Source of the DNA: a virus
Lineage: Duplodnaviria > Caudoviricetes
Virus record (IMG/VR): IMGVR_UViG_3300024310_000012
Span: 1-46,712 of that record
DNA: 46,712 bases
Reading direction: 5' to 3' (one strand)
Numbering within the stretch: position 1 is the stretch's first letter; every line of letters begins with the position of its first letter. The translations under genes and the position numbers were made by a program. This document shows, piece by piece, positions 18,127 through 27,220 of this stretch. The notes under the pieces are model-generated. The model was not told where the DNA came from and searched no databases. It was given only the letters and a program-made list of their open reading frames with translations.

Positions 18127-19313
18127 TGATCCTCCCCGCATTCCTCGCCTTCGCCGCTGCCGTTGGGCTCGCCGACATCGTAGGGCCGGGGCACCAGGCG
18201 GGCGGCCTCGTGCTACTCACCGGCTGGTTCCTCGGCGCCCGGCTACTGCCGCCTCGTGCGTGGCGCGGCCTGCTGACGGCGGCCCTCACCCTCTCGGTCG
18301 CCATCGCGGCACTCGCTGTTGTTCAGGGGATTAATTCGGGATTTATCCCCCCGGCCCGAGCGCGCGGCCCCTTTGCATCTCCCAATTTCCTCGGGGCCTA
18401 CGCTGTGCTAATGTTCTTCCTGGCGACGATCGGCGGGTGCGCGAGCCAATCCGGCCACTTCAGGCGGCTTCGACACCGCGCCTCCGGCAACGGGGGTCTC
18501 GCAACTGGTATCAAGAGTGGTATTCCGGTTGTCGCCAACCTCCTCTCACTCGCGCTCAGCCAAAGCCGTGGCGCCATCCTCGCCCTCGGCGCGGGGCTGG
18601 CCGTCATGTCGTTAGGCGCCGTTAAACGCCATTGGATGCCGTTAGCTGCCGTTGCGTGCTGTTGCGCGTCGTTAGCTGCCGCACTCGTGATCCGCCCCGG
18701 AGCCGACGAGGCGCGGGGAATGATCTGGCGGCTGGGCTGGCAGGCGGCGTTACAGCGGCCCCTCACCGGCTGGGGTCAGGGTGGGCTCGTCATCAACGGG
18801 CTCGACCGCTTCTACTCGATCCCGCTGGAGGTGTTCATCGAGAGCGGCCTTCTCGGCGTCGCGGCGGGGTGCGTACTGATTGCGGCGGCGGTTCGCGCTG
18901 CTAAGGGCCAGCCGACGATACATGCCTTCCTCGCCGCATGGTTCGTGCAGGGGCTATTTCTGTTCTCGATCCCCGCGACGAGCGTGCTGCTCGTCACGGT
19001 TCTGGCCTACTTAGGGCGGCGTGGTCGTGCCCGTCAGGATGGTGCGCTGGGTGCCGGTGGAGTCCTGAAGGATGAGGTACACCTTGGACCCGCTGGTGAA
19101 GAAGCTGTTCGGCCCCAGGAATTGCGGCTCGCCGTTGTTGGCGAAGCTGAACCAGTTGAAGAACCGCGCGTTGGCCGCAGCGGCGAAATCGGGGAAGCTC
19201 CCCAGCGTCGGCCCGGTGATCGGCGATGCGACGGCGATACTCAGGGCAACCGCCCCGACAAACGCCCCGGCGATAAAAGACGCGATACGGTTCATGGTTC
19301 CCTCCAAGGTTGA
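18120..19313 (+). CDS. O-antigen ligase / Wzy_C-like polytopic membrane protein
   Basis: RARGPFASPNFLGAY, LSQSRGA, R..IW......QRPLTGWG.G, LE...ESGLLG; many TM segments; the only + strand gene I call within the late region. Confidence 0.8.
   Translation: MSMILPAFLAFAAAVGLADIVGPGHQAGGLVLLTGWFLGARLLPPRAWRGLLTAALTLSVAIAALAVVQGINSGFIPPARARGPFASPNFLGAYAVLMFFLATIGGCASQSGHFRRLRHRASGNGGLATGIKSGIPVVANLLSLALSQSRGAILALGAGLAVMSLGAVKRHWMPLAAVACCCASLAAALVIRPGADEARGMIWRLGWQAALQRPLTGWGQGGLVINGLDRFYSIPLEVFIESGLLGVAAGCVLIAAAVRAAKGQPTIHAFLAAWFVQGLFLFSIPATSVLLVTVLAYLGRRGRARQDGALGAGGVLKDEVHLGPAGEEAVRPQELRLAVVGEAEPVEEPRVGRSGEIGEAPQRRPGDRRCDGDTQGNRPDKRPGDKRRDTVHGSLQG
19011..19295 (-). CDS. Small exported protein, 94 aa
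   Basis: GGAGGGA SD; signal MNRIASFIAGAFVGAVALSIAVA/S. Confidence 0.7.
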   Translation of the reverse strand: MNRIASFIAGAFVGAVALSIAVASPITGPTLGSFPDFAAAANARFFNWFSFANNGEPQFLGPNSFFTSGSKVYLILQDSTGTQRTILTGTTTPP

Positions 19314-19317
19314 CCCG

Positions 19318-20190
19318 CTATACCACAGCGCGACCGCCGCGCCAAACACCGCCGTCGATGAGGAAATGCGCCTGGGACACCCCGAAGGCGAGCGTCGAGA
19401 ATAAGAGAAGCAGCCCCGCGCTTTGTAGCCCCGCGGCGAGCCCCCACAGCCCGATCGCGCAGCCGCCGGCCACCGCGACATCGAGCATCGAGCGCCGGCC
19501 CGAAACCCAGCCGACCATGATGAGATATTGGATCGGGTGCGCGAAGAAGGTCAGCGCCAGCGCCGGGTGCGTGCCGATCGCTGTCGGCAGCCAGAACGCG
19601 AGGCCAAGAAAAAGGGCAACCAGCTTTCGCCAGCCGCCCGAAGTTTTCACCGAGAATGCCAACGTCCAAGAGAGGACGGCGAAGATTAGCACGCCGTAGG
19701 CCGTCAGCAACAGCGAAAGCGTGTGCAGGAAGATCGCCGCGTCGGCCGAGAGCGCGCCCGGGATGTAAAGCGTCATCGCCGCGGGCATCGCGGCCACAGC
19801 GATAAGGTCGAAGTAGAACCGCTCGGCATCGCTCGCCCCGCCCGCCACCAGCGCATAGAGCCCGAAGTTCTGCCGCCCCAGGTGCCACAAGAGCCAGATA
19901 TAATGCACCACGAGATAGGGCCAGAAGCCCGCCGGGTCGAGCGCGAACACCCCGGCAGCGAGCACGATGAAGCCGAGCGGCACCCAGACCATCCGACGCC
20001 GGTCGTGCTGCTCGGTGTAGAACCAACCGGTTGCCCCGGTGTGGATCGCGCCGAGGAAGCCCATCATCGCCATGAGCCACGCCGGCTGGACCGTGAAATC
20101 GAAGCCGAGGACGAGAACGACGGGAAGCGCGGTCGGGAGCGCGGTGCCGAGAAAAAGCGCCCATAGAAGGCGCGGCGGGGCTACGGCCAC
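19318..20190 (-). CDS. Polytopic membrane protein with His motifs (putative metalloenzyme)
   Basis: About 9-10 hydrophobic segments; IHTGAT, WHLGRQNFG, HPIQYL, HFLIDG.VW. Confidence 0.7.
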   Translation of the reverse strand: MAVAPPRLLWALFLGTALPTALPVVLVLGFDFTVQPAWLMAMMGFLGAIHTGATGWFYTEQHDRRRMVWVPLGFIVLAAGVFALDPAGFWPYLVVHYIWLLWHLGRQNFGLYALVAGGASDAERFYFDLIAVAAMPAAMTLYIPGALSADAAIFLHTLSLLLTAYGVLIFAVLSWTLAFSVKTSGGWRKLVALFLGLAFWLPTAIGTHPALALTFFAHPIQYLIMVGWVSGRRSMLDVAVAGGCAIGLWGLAAGLQSAGLLLLFSTLAFGVSQAHFLIDGGVWRGGRAVV

Positions 20191-20990
20191 GTTGCTATTG
20201 CGACACGCTTCCACGTATTCGTCGCGATGCAGACATAGATGAAAGAGGCATCCCATGTGATCGTGCCGGCAACCCCCGTATCGTTCGCCGCCGAGGGGGT
20301 GTGCGTCGGAACCGTTAGAAAAGCGTTGAGGATGTTTACGTTGCTGTCGATCTGCACCCTCGTAGTCGGTTGACCGCTGCCCCCTTCTCCAATCGCCTTC
20401 GTGCCGAAACGTAGGGAAGTGCCCGAAGCCGAGCTGGTAAAATTCTCCCCAGCGAAGGCATGAATGACGGCCCCCCAGTTATAGCCGCCACCATCGTTTG
20501 CCCCTCGGAAATTGATCTGTCCGCCAACCCAATCAGAAGTTTGAAGCGGCAGGGGCGTCCCAGGAACCCCGCGAGAGGTCGTTAAGTCGATCAACGAGGG
20601 ACAAGACGCTCCACCCGCGCAAGTCCCCGTGTCGAATGTGTCAAGTTCCAGATACGACTCGCCATTAGTGCCTGTGGCCGGGGTTGCGGCAAACCCTTGG
20701 AACCCGTTGGGACTGACAACAGAAACGCCATCGCCGCCATCATTTATCCCAACTCCCGCAGGGGCCGCGGAAATGATAGTGCCGCCGGTCAGCGTTATGG
20801 TCACAAGCGTTGATGTATCGACGATTACGCTATCGCCGATAGCCGTCGAGCCGGTAAATTTTGCCACCGTGTCCGTTGTGCCCGAGCCGGTAATACCGCC
20901 GCCTCCACCCGAGGCATCAACCCGGCTGCCGGTGGCCGTCAGATTGGTTCCGAGTTCCCACGGACCATGAATTATGACGGGTGCGGTCAT
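20181..20990 (-). CDS. Tail fibre-like protein
   Basis: GSGTT..VAKFT.STAIGDS; SRG..GTP; C-terminal P....DTG.AG.I.WD..FIYVC.ATNTWKR fibre motif. Confidence 0.75.
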   Translation of the reverse strand: MTAPVIIHGPWELGTNLTATGSRVDASGGGGGITGSGTTDTVAKFTGSTAIGDSVIVDTSTLVTITLTGGTIISAAPAGVGINDGGDGVSVVSPNGFQGFAATPATGTNGESYLELDTFDTGTCAGGASCPSLIDLTTSRGVPGTPLPLQTSDWVGGQINFRGANDGGGYNWGAVIHAFAGENFTSSASGTSLRFGTKAIGEGGSGQPTTRVQIDSNVNILNAFLTVPTHTPSAANDTGVAGTITWDASFIYVCIATNTWKRVAIATWP

Positions 20991-21425
20991 CTAGTACCTC
21001 GGTTGTTTGCGGCGCCGATGGTATCCGGCCATATAGGCGCGCAAGCAGATGCGGCACACTCTCTTGCCCCGTTTCAGGTGCCCAGGAGAAAGATTATCCC
21101 CGACTAGAAGATGACCCTGAGGACAGCAGGTTTTTAGGACGTTCTCAGCGGACTTGCCAGTTCCGCGCAGGATGTTCTCGCGATGCGTCGCGACCTTTAG
21201 ATGAAGCGGATTTGCGCATAGCCGATTGTTGCAGAGGTGGTCGATCACCATCCCGTCCGGTATAGGCCCGATCGCCCGCTCATGTGCTATCCGATGGACA
21301 TACCGAAATCTCCCCTCGAACCACATATGGCCATATCCCCCCTTGGTCTTTGCCCCTAGCCAAATCCAGCATCCGTCTGGGGATGAACTCAAGCGCGCAA
21401 CCAGTCTTGAAGGTAGAGCGTTCAT
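20991..21425 (-). CDS. HNH homing-type endonuclease
   Basis: CWIWLGA...GGYG, VHRIAHE..IGPIP.G..IDHLCNNR.CANP.HL, KTCCPQGH...CRIC; ATGA overlap at the start. Confidence 0.92.
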   Translation of the reverse strand: MNALPSRLVARLSSSPDGCWIWLGAKTKGGYGHMWFEGRFRYVHRIAHERAIGPIPDGMVIDHLCNNRLCANPLHLKVATHRENILRGTGKSAENVLKTCCPQGHLLVGDNLSPGHLKRGKRVCRICLRAYMAGYHRRRKQPRY

Positions 21426-22054
21426 AGGCGAGGGTACCAACTCGTGTTGGCGAGCCGGAAGCGCCAACTCACGCCCCCGTTTGCGGCAAGCGTATAGGGG
21501 CCACCCGAGGAACTGACCACACTATCGGTCCCGGCCCCGACTGTATCGAAGGCCGTGATGTCGTGCGTCGTCGATGCCTCAAAGATTTGCCCCTCGGAGA
21601 CGCCCGGCGGCAGAACCATGTGGAGGACGGCAATCGCGCCGGCCGGATTGATCGCAAACGCGCCCTGTCCAGATGCCGCCGTGATCGTCGAGCCGGTCGT
21701 CGGCGTCACATAGGTCACGAAGCCGAAGACATCAGCCGGGGTCATCAGCCTGAAGGTCGGCAGAGCCGGACCACCGGAGGCCGGCCCGCCGAGGAAGGTG
21801 TTGGCCGCCTGGGTGTTGAGAACGGGGAACAACGTCCCCGTCGTCGTGACCGGAGCACCGGGCACATTGCTGAAGACCGTGCCATCGCCGGCCCAGCTGA
21901 CGCTCGTAACGGTGCCGACCCCGCTGAAATCAGTCGGGGCGATCTTGAACGTGACGCCGTTGCGGACAATCGCGAGTTCGTCCGTCGGCTGCATCGGCAA
22001 CGACAGCGCCGGTCGGCTGTCAACGAAGGTCGTGAAGATTTCGCCGTCAGCCAT
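21422..22054 (-). CDS. Tail fibre / fibre-attachment protein
   Basis: GTVTSV, PVTTTGTL, QAANTFLGGP.SG..A.PTFR fibre motifs; directly follows the nozzle. Confidence 0.7.
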   Translation of the reverse strand: MADGEIFTTFVDSRPALSLPMQPTDELAIVRNGVTFKIAPTDFSGVGTVTSVSWAGDGTVFSNVPGAPVTTTGTLFPVLNTQAANTFLGGPASGGPALPTFRLMTPADVFGFVTYVTPTTGSTITAASGQGAFAINPAGAIAVLHMVLPPGVSEGQIFEASTTHDITAFDTVGAGTDSVVSSSGGPYTLAANGGVSWRFRLANTSWYPRL

Positions 22055-22057
22055 GTC

Positions 22058-24766
22058 TCACCCCGGGAACAGGGTTGTGAGGTCGTCGGCAAGCAGGGTC
22101 GGGAACGGACGGACCGACGACAGGAGATAGGTTCCATCCCCCTCGTCACGGTTATAGCCCAAAATCTCGTATCGCATGTAGAGATTGCCGAGGCGCACGC
22201 TTGCGTCCGATGCGCCGGTCATCGTCACCGACATCTGCTTGAAGATGAGCGGCCGAGTCCACTCGATCGTGCGCTCGCGCAGCGTCACATTGCTCGGCTC
22301 GGTGACGATCGGAAGCGGTATGTCGATGATCCGGCGATTCTCGTCGAACGCCGTCACCTGGACCGGATTATCGACGCTCCCCGCATACGTCAGATTGGCC
22401 TCGACGGTCGCGTTCATCGCCATCTGCTCGTTATCGGGCAGCAGCACGGTCTCGCCGATCCACGACAGCTGATACCCATTCTCGATGAAGACCGAGGCGG
22501 TCGTCTGGTAGGCATCCCCGCGCCACAGGCTCGCCGGGATCCCGATCGGCGCCATGACAAAGGTCGATGCCCAGGGCTGGATGAGCCGAGCCGGAAAGGT
22601 GTGCGGCCCCGACCAGCTCTTGCGGGCGAGGTCGAACCAATATTCCTCCTGGGGATCATTCTGGACCAGGCCGTTTTGCACGGTGATCCGCAGAGCGGAG
22701 ACGTTGGCCGCGGCGCAAATCCGTGACGGTGCTATCGCGAACTGGAACGGATTGGTGATGCCCTGCCCATCGAAGCCGACCGGATCGGTTACGGAACCGT
22801 CGAGCCGCACAAACCGCAGGCCCTGCGGCGAGACGAACGCCGTCCCAAGCTGCGACCCGCACGGGAAGATCGAGAGCGGCGCCAGCGTGCCGGTCGCCAC
22901 CGGCAAGAGGTTCATCGCGAGATTGTTGGTCGCAGGATCGCCGGTAATCTGCTGCATCTTGGCCTCGCCCTCAAAGGCGATGAGGGCCTGGACGGTTCCT
23001 CCGGTCAACGGCACCCCGAGCGATAGCGGCCCGATGGCCGTCACCGAGAGCCCATCGTTGGTCGTCAGCGCCTGCACGTTCGGCTGGTTCGAGCGTCGGC
23101 ACGGGAGGCCGCTGTCCGAGAACGGGATGCCGTCGAGCCCATCGGCGAAATAGGCCCGGCCATTGAATTGCGCGACACCGAGCGGCACGCTTGGCAGAGG
23201 GTTGCGATCGCAATCCCCGGCGCTCCACAGCGGCGCGGCGCGCGTGCCGCCGGTAATCGTCAGACTGACGTTATCGGCGGTCGCCGTCGCCGCCTGCGAC
23301 AGCGTGATCGTGGCGCCCGAGAAGGTGACGTTCTCGACCACGGGCGCGACCGTCGAGGATTGCGAGAGCGAGATCGACTGCACCGTATCGAAGCTGATCG
23401 CGAGATCGTTGGTCGTGCCCGTGGCGTCGGCGCTCATCACCACGGAAACGGATTCAAACGTCACGAATGCCTTGAGGAGCGTTGTCAGCGCCGCGTTGTC
23501 GAGCACGACGACCGTCGCCGAAAAATTCACCTGGACTCCGGTGCCCGTTATCGTCGAGGGTTGGCTGATCGTGACCTGCGTGGGGCTGTCGACCGAAATC
23601 ACGAAAGCAACCCCGCCGATGCCGGAATAATTGACATCCATGCCTGCGACCACCCCTGTCGTCGAGGCGAGGTTGATGATCGTGAACGAACCGATAGTCA
23701 CGTCACCGGAGGTCGAAAGCAGGAACGGCGTTGCCGATACAACCTTTGTGCCAGGGACGATGCCGAACCCGCTCACGAATTGGTTAGCGGCTAGCGTGCC
23801 CCCGACTATGTTGGTGGCGATCATCGTCGTCGTACCGTCGAGCGCGCCGTCCACGGTGATCGTAATATGGACGAAGCTGACGACGGTGGTGTTGGCCGGA
23901 ATATCGGGCGGCCCCACGATGATATCGCCGATATGAGGGATGCCGGCAGCCGGGTTGATATCGTCAATGATGTTGTTCGAGTGCGTGTCGCCCGTCGTCA
24001 CGATCGGCGAAACATTAACGCTCGTTACAATAGTCCCGCCCAAGAGGCCGAACCCGGCGGCATCCTGCCCAACCGCGACACCGGCCGCCGAGGCTGCCGG
24101 GACGAAGATGTTGCCGGTCAGCGTCCCTGGGATGACGAGCACGACAGCGGTTGTCGCGTCAACGAAGGTATTGGCCGGAATGCCCGATCCCGTGATCGTC
24201 ATGCCGGGCTGAACGCCAATGATCGAGGGGTTGCCGTCGATGAAGGTTGTGGAGTGCGTGTTGCCGAGCGTCGTCTCGGTAAACCCCGAAACATCGAACC
24301 AACCGAACTTGATCGTGCCGCCGGGGAAGCCTGGGTGGCAAACGATGATGCGGCTGGCGACCTGCGCCATGATCGGCGGCACCCAATCGCCCGAGGCAGG
24401 GGGCGATGTCGGTGTGTTCGCGTTGGTCACTCCCGAGACCGGCAGGAACACATCGTTCGCCAAGTCGTAGCAGAATGGCTCGTCCTTGCCCGGGTTGAGC
24501 GTTGAGGCGACCATGCCGTACTCAAGATCGCCGATTACCAGTTTGGCCGAGATGACCCCGGCGCCGGTCGGCGCATTGGTGCCGGTGAAGTCGGTCTTGC
24601 GGATCGAGGCGGGGCGCGGGATATAGACCCCGGCGGTCGAGGGATCGGGGATCAGGTTGACCAGCTGCCGCATCGCCCCGGGGAAGCTGTTTGTGCCGTC
24701 CCCGGCATCGGTCAATCCTTTAGGGGACCACTTGATCGGAACGCTGTTGCGGATCGAGGACGGCAC
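22058..24766 (-). CDS. Tail nozzle / DNA stabilisation protein with inserted repeat stalk
   Basis: Position after the adaptor; beta-propeller-like N and C parts (AQFNGRAYF, FSDS, EYWFD...SWSGPHTFP); central repeats. Confidence 0.7.
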   Translation of the reverse strand: MPSSIRNSVPIKWSPKGLTDAGDGTNSFPGAMRQLVNLIPDPSTAGVYIPRPASIRKTDFTGTNAPTGAGVISAKLVIGDLEYGMVASTLNPGKDEPFCYDLANDVFLPVSGVTNANTPTSPPASGDWVPPIMAQVASRIIVCHPGFPGGTIKFGWFDVSGFTETTLGNTHSTTFIDGNPSIIGVQPGMTITGSGIPANTFVDATTAVVLVIPGTLTGNIFVPAASAAGVAVGQDAAGFGLLGGTIVTSVNVSPIVTTGDTHSNNIIDDINPAAGIPHIGDIIVGPPDIPANTTVVSFVHITITVDGALDGTTTMIATNIVGGTLAANQFVSGFGIVPGTKVVSATPFLLSTSGDVTIGSFTIINLASTTGVVAGMDVNYSGIGGVAFVISVDSPTQVTISQPSTITGTGVQVNFSATVVVLDNAALTTLLKAFVTFESVSVVMSADATGTTNDLAISFDTVQSISLSQSSTVAPVVENVTFSGATITLSQAATATADNVSLTITGGTRAAPLWSAGDCDRNPLPSVPLGVAQFNGRAYFADGLDGIPFSDSGLPCRRSNQPNVQALTTNDGLSVTAIGPLSLGVPLTGGTVQALIAFEGEAKMQQITGDPATNNLAMNLLPVATGTLAPLSIFPCGSQLGTAFVSPQGLRFVRLDGSVTDPVGFDGQGITNPFQFAIAPSRICAAANVSALRITVQNGLVQNDPQEEYWFDLARKSWSGPHTFPARLIQPWASTFVMAPIGIPASLWRGDAYQTTASVFIENGYQLSWIGETVLLPDNEQMAMNATVEANLTYAGSVDNPVQVTAFDENRRIIDIPLPIVTEPSNVTLRERTIEWTRPLIFKQMSVTMTGASDASVRLGNLYMRYEILGYNRDEGDGTYLLSSVRPFPTLLADDLTTLFPG

Positions 24767-24767
24767 A

Positions 24768-25730
24768 CTAGCATCCCCAGCCCATCGTCTTCGTGTCCTT
24801 CAGCCCGCGCCCGCCGGCCCCGCCGCGTCCGTACATGCGTCCGTCCATCTGTACCTGCTGCGAACGGTTCGTCTTGTCGTCGGAGAGACCGAGGTATTTG
24901 CGCAGCTTGATGTCGGCACTGGCATGGAACGCCTCGCGACGTGCATCGCCGGCGAACGGCATCATCCGAGCGGCGAGTTCGTCGATCAGGTAGCCATCGA
25001 GCGGAAGCCAGGGATATTGCGAGAGGTCCACCAAAGGCGGCATCGCGCGCTGGTAGCGCACCGTCACCGGGTAGGGACCGAGCGGCGCGGGGTAGACATA
25101 GGCCACCGGAGCGATGCCGAAGAAGACGCTCGCCGCCGTGTTCGTGCCGGTCGCCGGCAGGCTCAGCGTGATCGCCGGCAGCGTGTTCGTCAGCATCGTC
25201 GTGCCCGGCTGTATACTCTGGCCGGCCACCGCCAACCCATCCACGAGGCCGGTCGAGAGCGCGACGGTCGCCGCCGTGCTGCCAGCGGTGACGCTCGCCG
25301 TCGTCGCGAGAACGATGCGCTGGTCCAGCGGGCCGCCCATGTCGGTACACCAAAGTTCCGGCGTCGATCGGCTCGGCAGCTTAGCGAACAGGTCGAACTC
25401 GGCGAGGTCGATTGGAGTCATAAAGATCGGCTGCCCCGCCGGAAGCGCCGGGGCGGGGTAGAGATACCACGCAGAGCGGGTAACGCCGCGCGCCCCGGAC
25501 GAGCCCGAAGTGCGGAGGTAATCGAGCGGAAGCGGATAGGGTCCGCTGCCGAACAGCGAACTCAGCGTCGGGTCGAAGTTGAAATTGAACTGACCGCGGG
25601 CGAGCGCCAGGTCGTAATCCTGGCACGCATCCGAGAGGATCGCGTTGATTTGGTCGAGGGCCTGATCCTCAAACCCCCGGACTTTGGCGATCTGCCTCGC
25701 ATCAATGGAAATGCGGTCTGCGGTGAGCAT
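24768..25730 (-). CDS. Head-tail adaptor protein
   Basis: A...IN.ILSD.CQ.YD, PYPLP.DYLR, YVYP.P.G.Y.VTVRY, YLI.ELAARMM...D.R; position between capsid cluster and nozzle. Confidence 0.65.
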   Translation of the reverse strand: MLTADRISIDARQIAKVRGFEDQALDQINAILSDACQDYDLALARGQFNFNFDPTLSSLFGSGPYPLPLDYLRTSGSSGARGVTRSAWYLYPAPALPAGQPIFMTPIDLAEFDLFAKLPSRSTPELWCTDMGGPLDQRIVLATTASVTAGSTAATVALSTGLVDGLAVAGQSIQPGTTMLTNTLPAITLSLPATGTNTAASVFFGIAPVAYVYPAPLGPYPVTVRYQRAMPPLVDLSQYPWLPLDGYLIDELAARMMPFAGDARREAFHASADIKLRKYLGLSDDKTNRSQQVQMDGRMYGRGGAGGRGLKDTKTMGWGC

Positions 25731-26237
25731 TCATTCCGCCGCCATCGCCGGAGGATCGTCCTCGATGTCGAGAGGTTCCTGGCAGCGCAGGATCGCTTTC
25801 CAGAATGGAATGCGCTCCTCGCAGCCGGCGATCTGCGCCTCGATCTCGAAGATGCGAGCCTCGATCTGCGCGGCCAAGCTCAAATCTTGCGGCGCCGCTT
25901 TCGTGGCGTCTACTGTGCGGCGACCCGATGGGAAATTCGCCACCTTGTTCTCGATCGTCCGCTGTGTCGCGATGAGCTTGGCCTTCTCCCTCGCCAGCAG
26001 CTTTCGATTAGCGGCAAGAGATTGCTGATCGAGACGCATCTGCTCGAAAGCGTCCTGCCGGCGAGCGGCGGCGGCGATAACATCGAGCCTCTTATTGAGG
26101 GCGTCTAACTCGATCTCGGACTCGGCGGACATCATGAAACTCATGGTCTTGCCGGATGGACCGACCGGGCTCGAAAATGCGATCTGCATCCCCGGGATCT
26201 CGACCGGCTGCACGATGGTCTTGTCCTCGCCGCTCAT
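25731..26237 (-). CDS. Hypothetical coiled-coil protein
   Basis: Coupled ORF in the structural operon with a heptad-like pattern. Confidence 0.7.
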   Translation of the reverse strand: MSGEDKTIVQPVEIPGMQIAFSSPVGPSGKTMSFMMSAESEIELDALNKRLDVIAAAARRQDAFEQMRLDQQSLAANRKLLAREKAKLIATQRTIENKVANFPSGRRTVDATKAAPQDLSLAAQIEARIFEIEAQIAGCEERIPFWKAILRCQEPLDIEDDPPAMAAE

Positions 26238-26911
26238 GAGAGCCCCCTGCTGCTGATCGCCTGACGCAGCTTAGACAGCCGCCCCTTGCCCTGGAAATTG
26301 AGTTCGTTTTGATCCGCACTCCACATCAGGTGCCGCTGGCTTTCCCATTCGGCCATCGTCCCCGTAACCGTCTTGCCGTGATACAGCAGCTGGCCGTCCA
26401 CGCGCAGCCCCTCGTCGATCAGCTGGCCGGTGTTGCCGGCCTCGGGCATGTTCACGGTCCACGAGACCTTACGGTTGAGCCGTTCCTTGCGCGCCAGCTC
26501 CTCCATCTGCTCGGCCGGGACAAGCCCCGCGACAGCCTGCGCATGGCGCTGCGCCCGCACGGCGGCCGCCTTCTTCGCCGCCGTCCGCTTCGCTTCCTCG
26601 GCGCGCTTCGTCTCGACCTCGTAGATGATGCGCAACTCAGCGTCGGTCAGCACGGAGCGCGTTTCCTCGTCCTGCGCGGCGAGGAACGCCTCGAACGGAT
26701 CGGGCATCCCCACAACCGGCGGCTCGGCTACCGCAATCTCGTCCTCGACGAGGTTCGCCTCGGCGATCTCGCCTTCGCGCGGGACCGGCGGCATGACGAG
26801 CGGTTCCGGTTCCGGCGTGGCAACTGTAGCCGCCTTCGCCTCGGCAGCCTTACGGCGGGCCGCCTCTCGGCCGGCTGCCATTTTCGCTTTGTGTTCGGGT
26901 GTCAGCGGCAT
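26234..26911 (-). CDS. Hypothetical protein (MPLTPEHKAK...)
   Basis: Coupled ORF with charged helical composition; start refined to 26911. Confidence 0.7.
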   Translation of the reverse strand: MPLTPEHKAKMAAGREAARRKAAEAKAATVATPEPEPLVMPPVPREGEIAEANLVEDEIAVAEPPVVGMPDPFEAFLAAQDEETRSVLTDAELRIIYEVETKRAEEAKRTAAKKAAAVRAQRHAQAVAGLVPAEQMEELARKERLNRKVSWTVNMPEAGNTGQLIDEGLRVDGQLLYHGKTVTGTMAEWESQRHLMWSADQNELNFQGKGRLSKLRQAISSRGLS

Positions 26912-27213
26912 CCGTCTGCTTTCTCCATTGCGATTGCATCTCGAATCTCGGCGGCATTCTCGGTTGCCACCAGAATCATCCCGGCAATCGCGGTCCTCAA
27001 ATCCTCGTTTGCATCGCCGGTTCTGTTGACCGAGATGCTGGCGCCGCAACGGTTGCCTATCTGGAGCGCGACCACGAGAAGCCCATCAAGGGGATCGGAC
27101 TTATCGGGCTGATCCAAAACGAGCACCGTGACGGGGGCCGTCTCTACCTCAACACCAGGGCCGAGCGGCGGCGGCGCCGTCAAATCGGTAAATCTCACGT
27201 TGGCTTTTGCCAT
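26902..27213 (-). CDS. Hypothetical protein
   Basis: GAGGA SD; fills the operon. Confidence 0.6.
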   Translation of the reverse strand: MAKANVRFTDLTAPPPLGPGVEVETAPVTVLVLDQPDKSDPLDGLLVVALQIGNRCGASISVNRTGDANEDLRTAIAGMILVATENAAEIRDAIAMEKADGCR

Positions 27214-27220
27214 GAAATCC

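Noticed and set aside
20991-21425. Group I intron or intein around the HNH gene
   Set aside because: The ORF abuts or overlaps complete genes on both sides, leaving no room for intron RNA; treated as free-standing.
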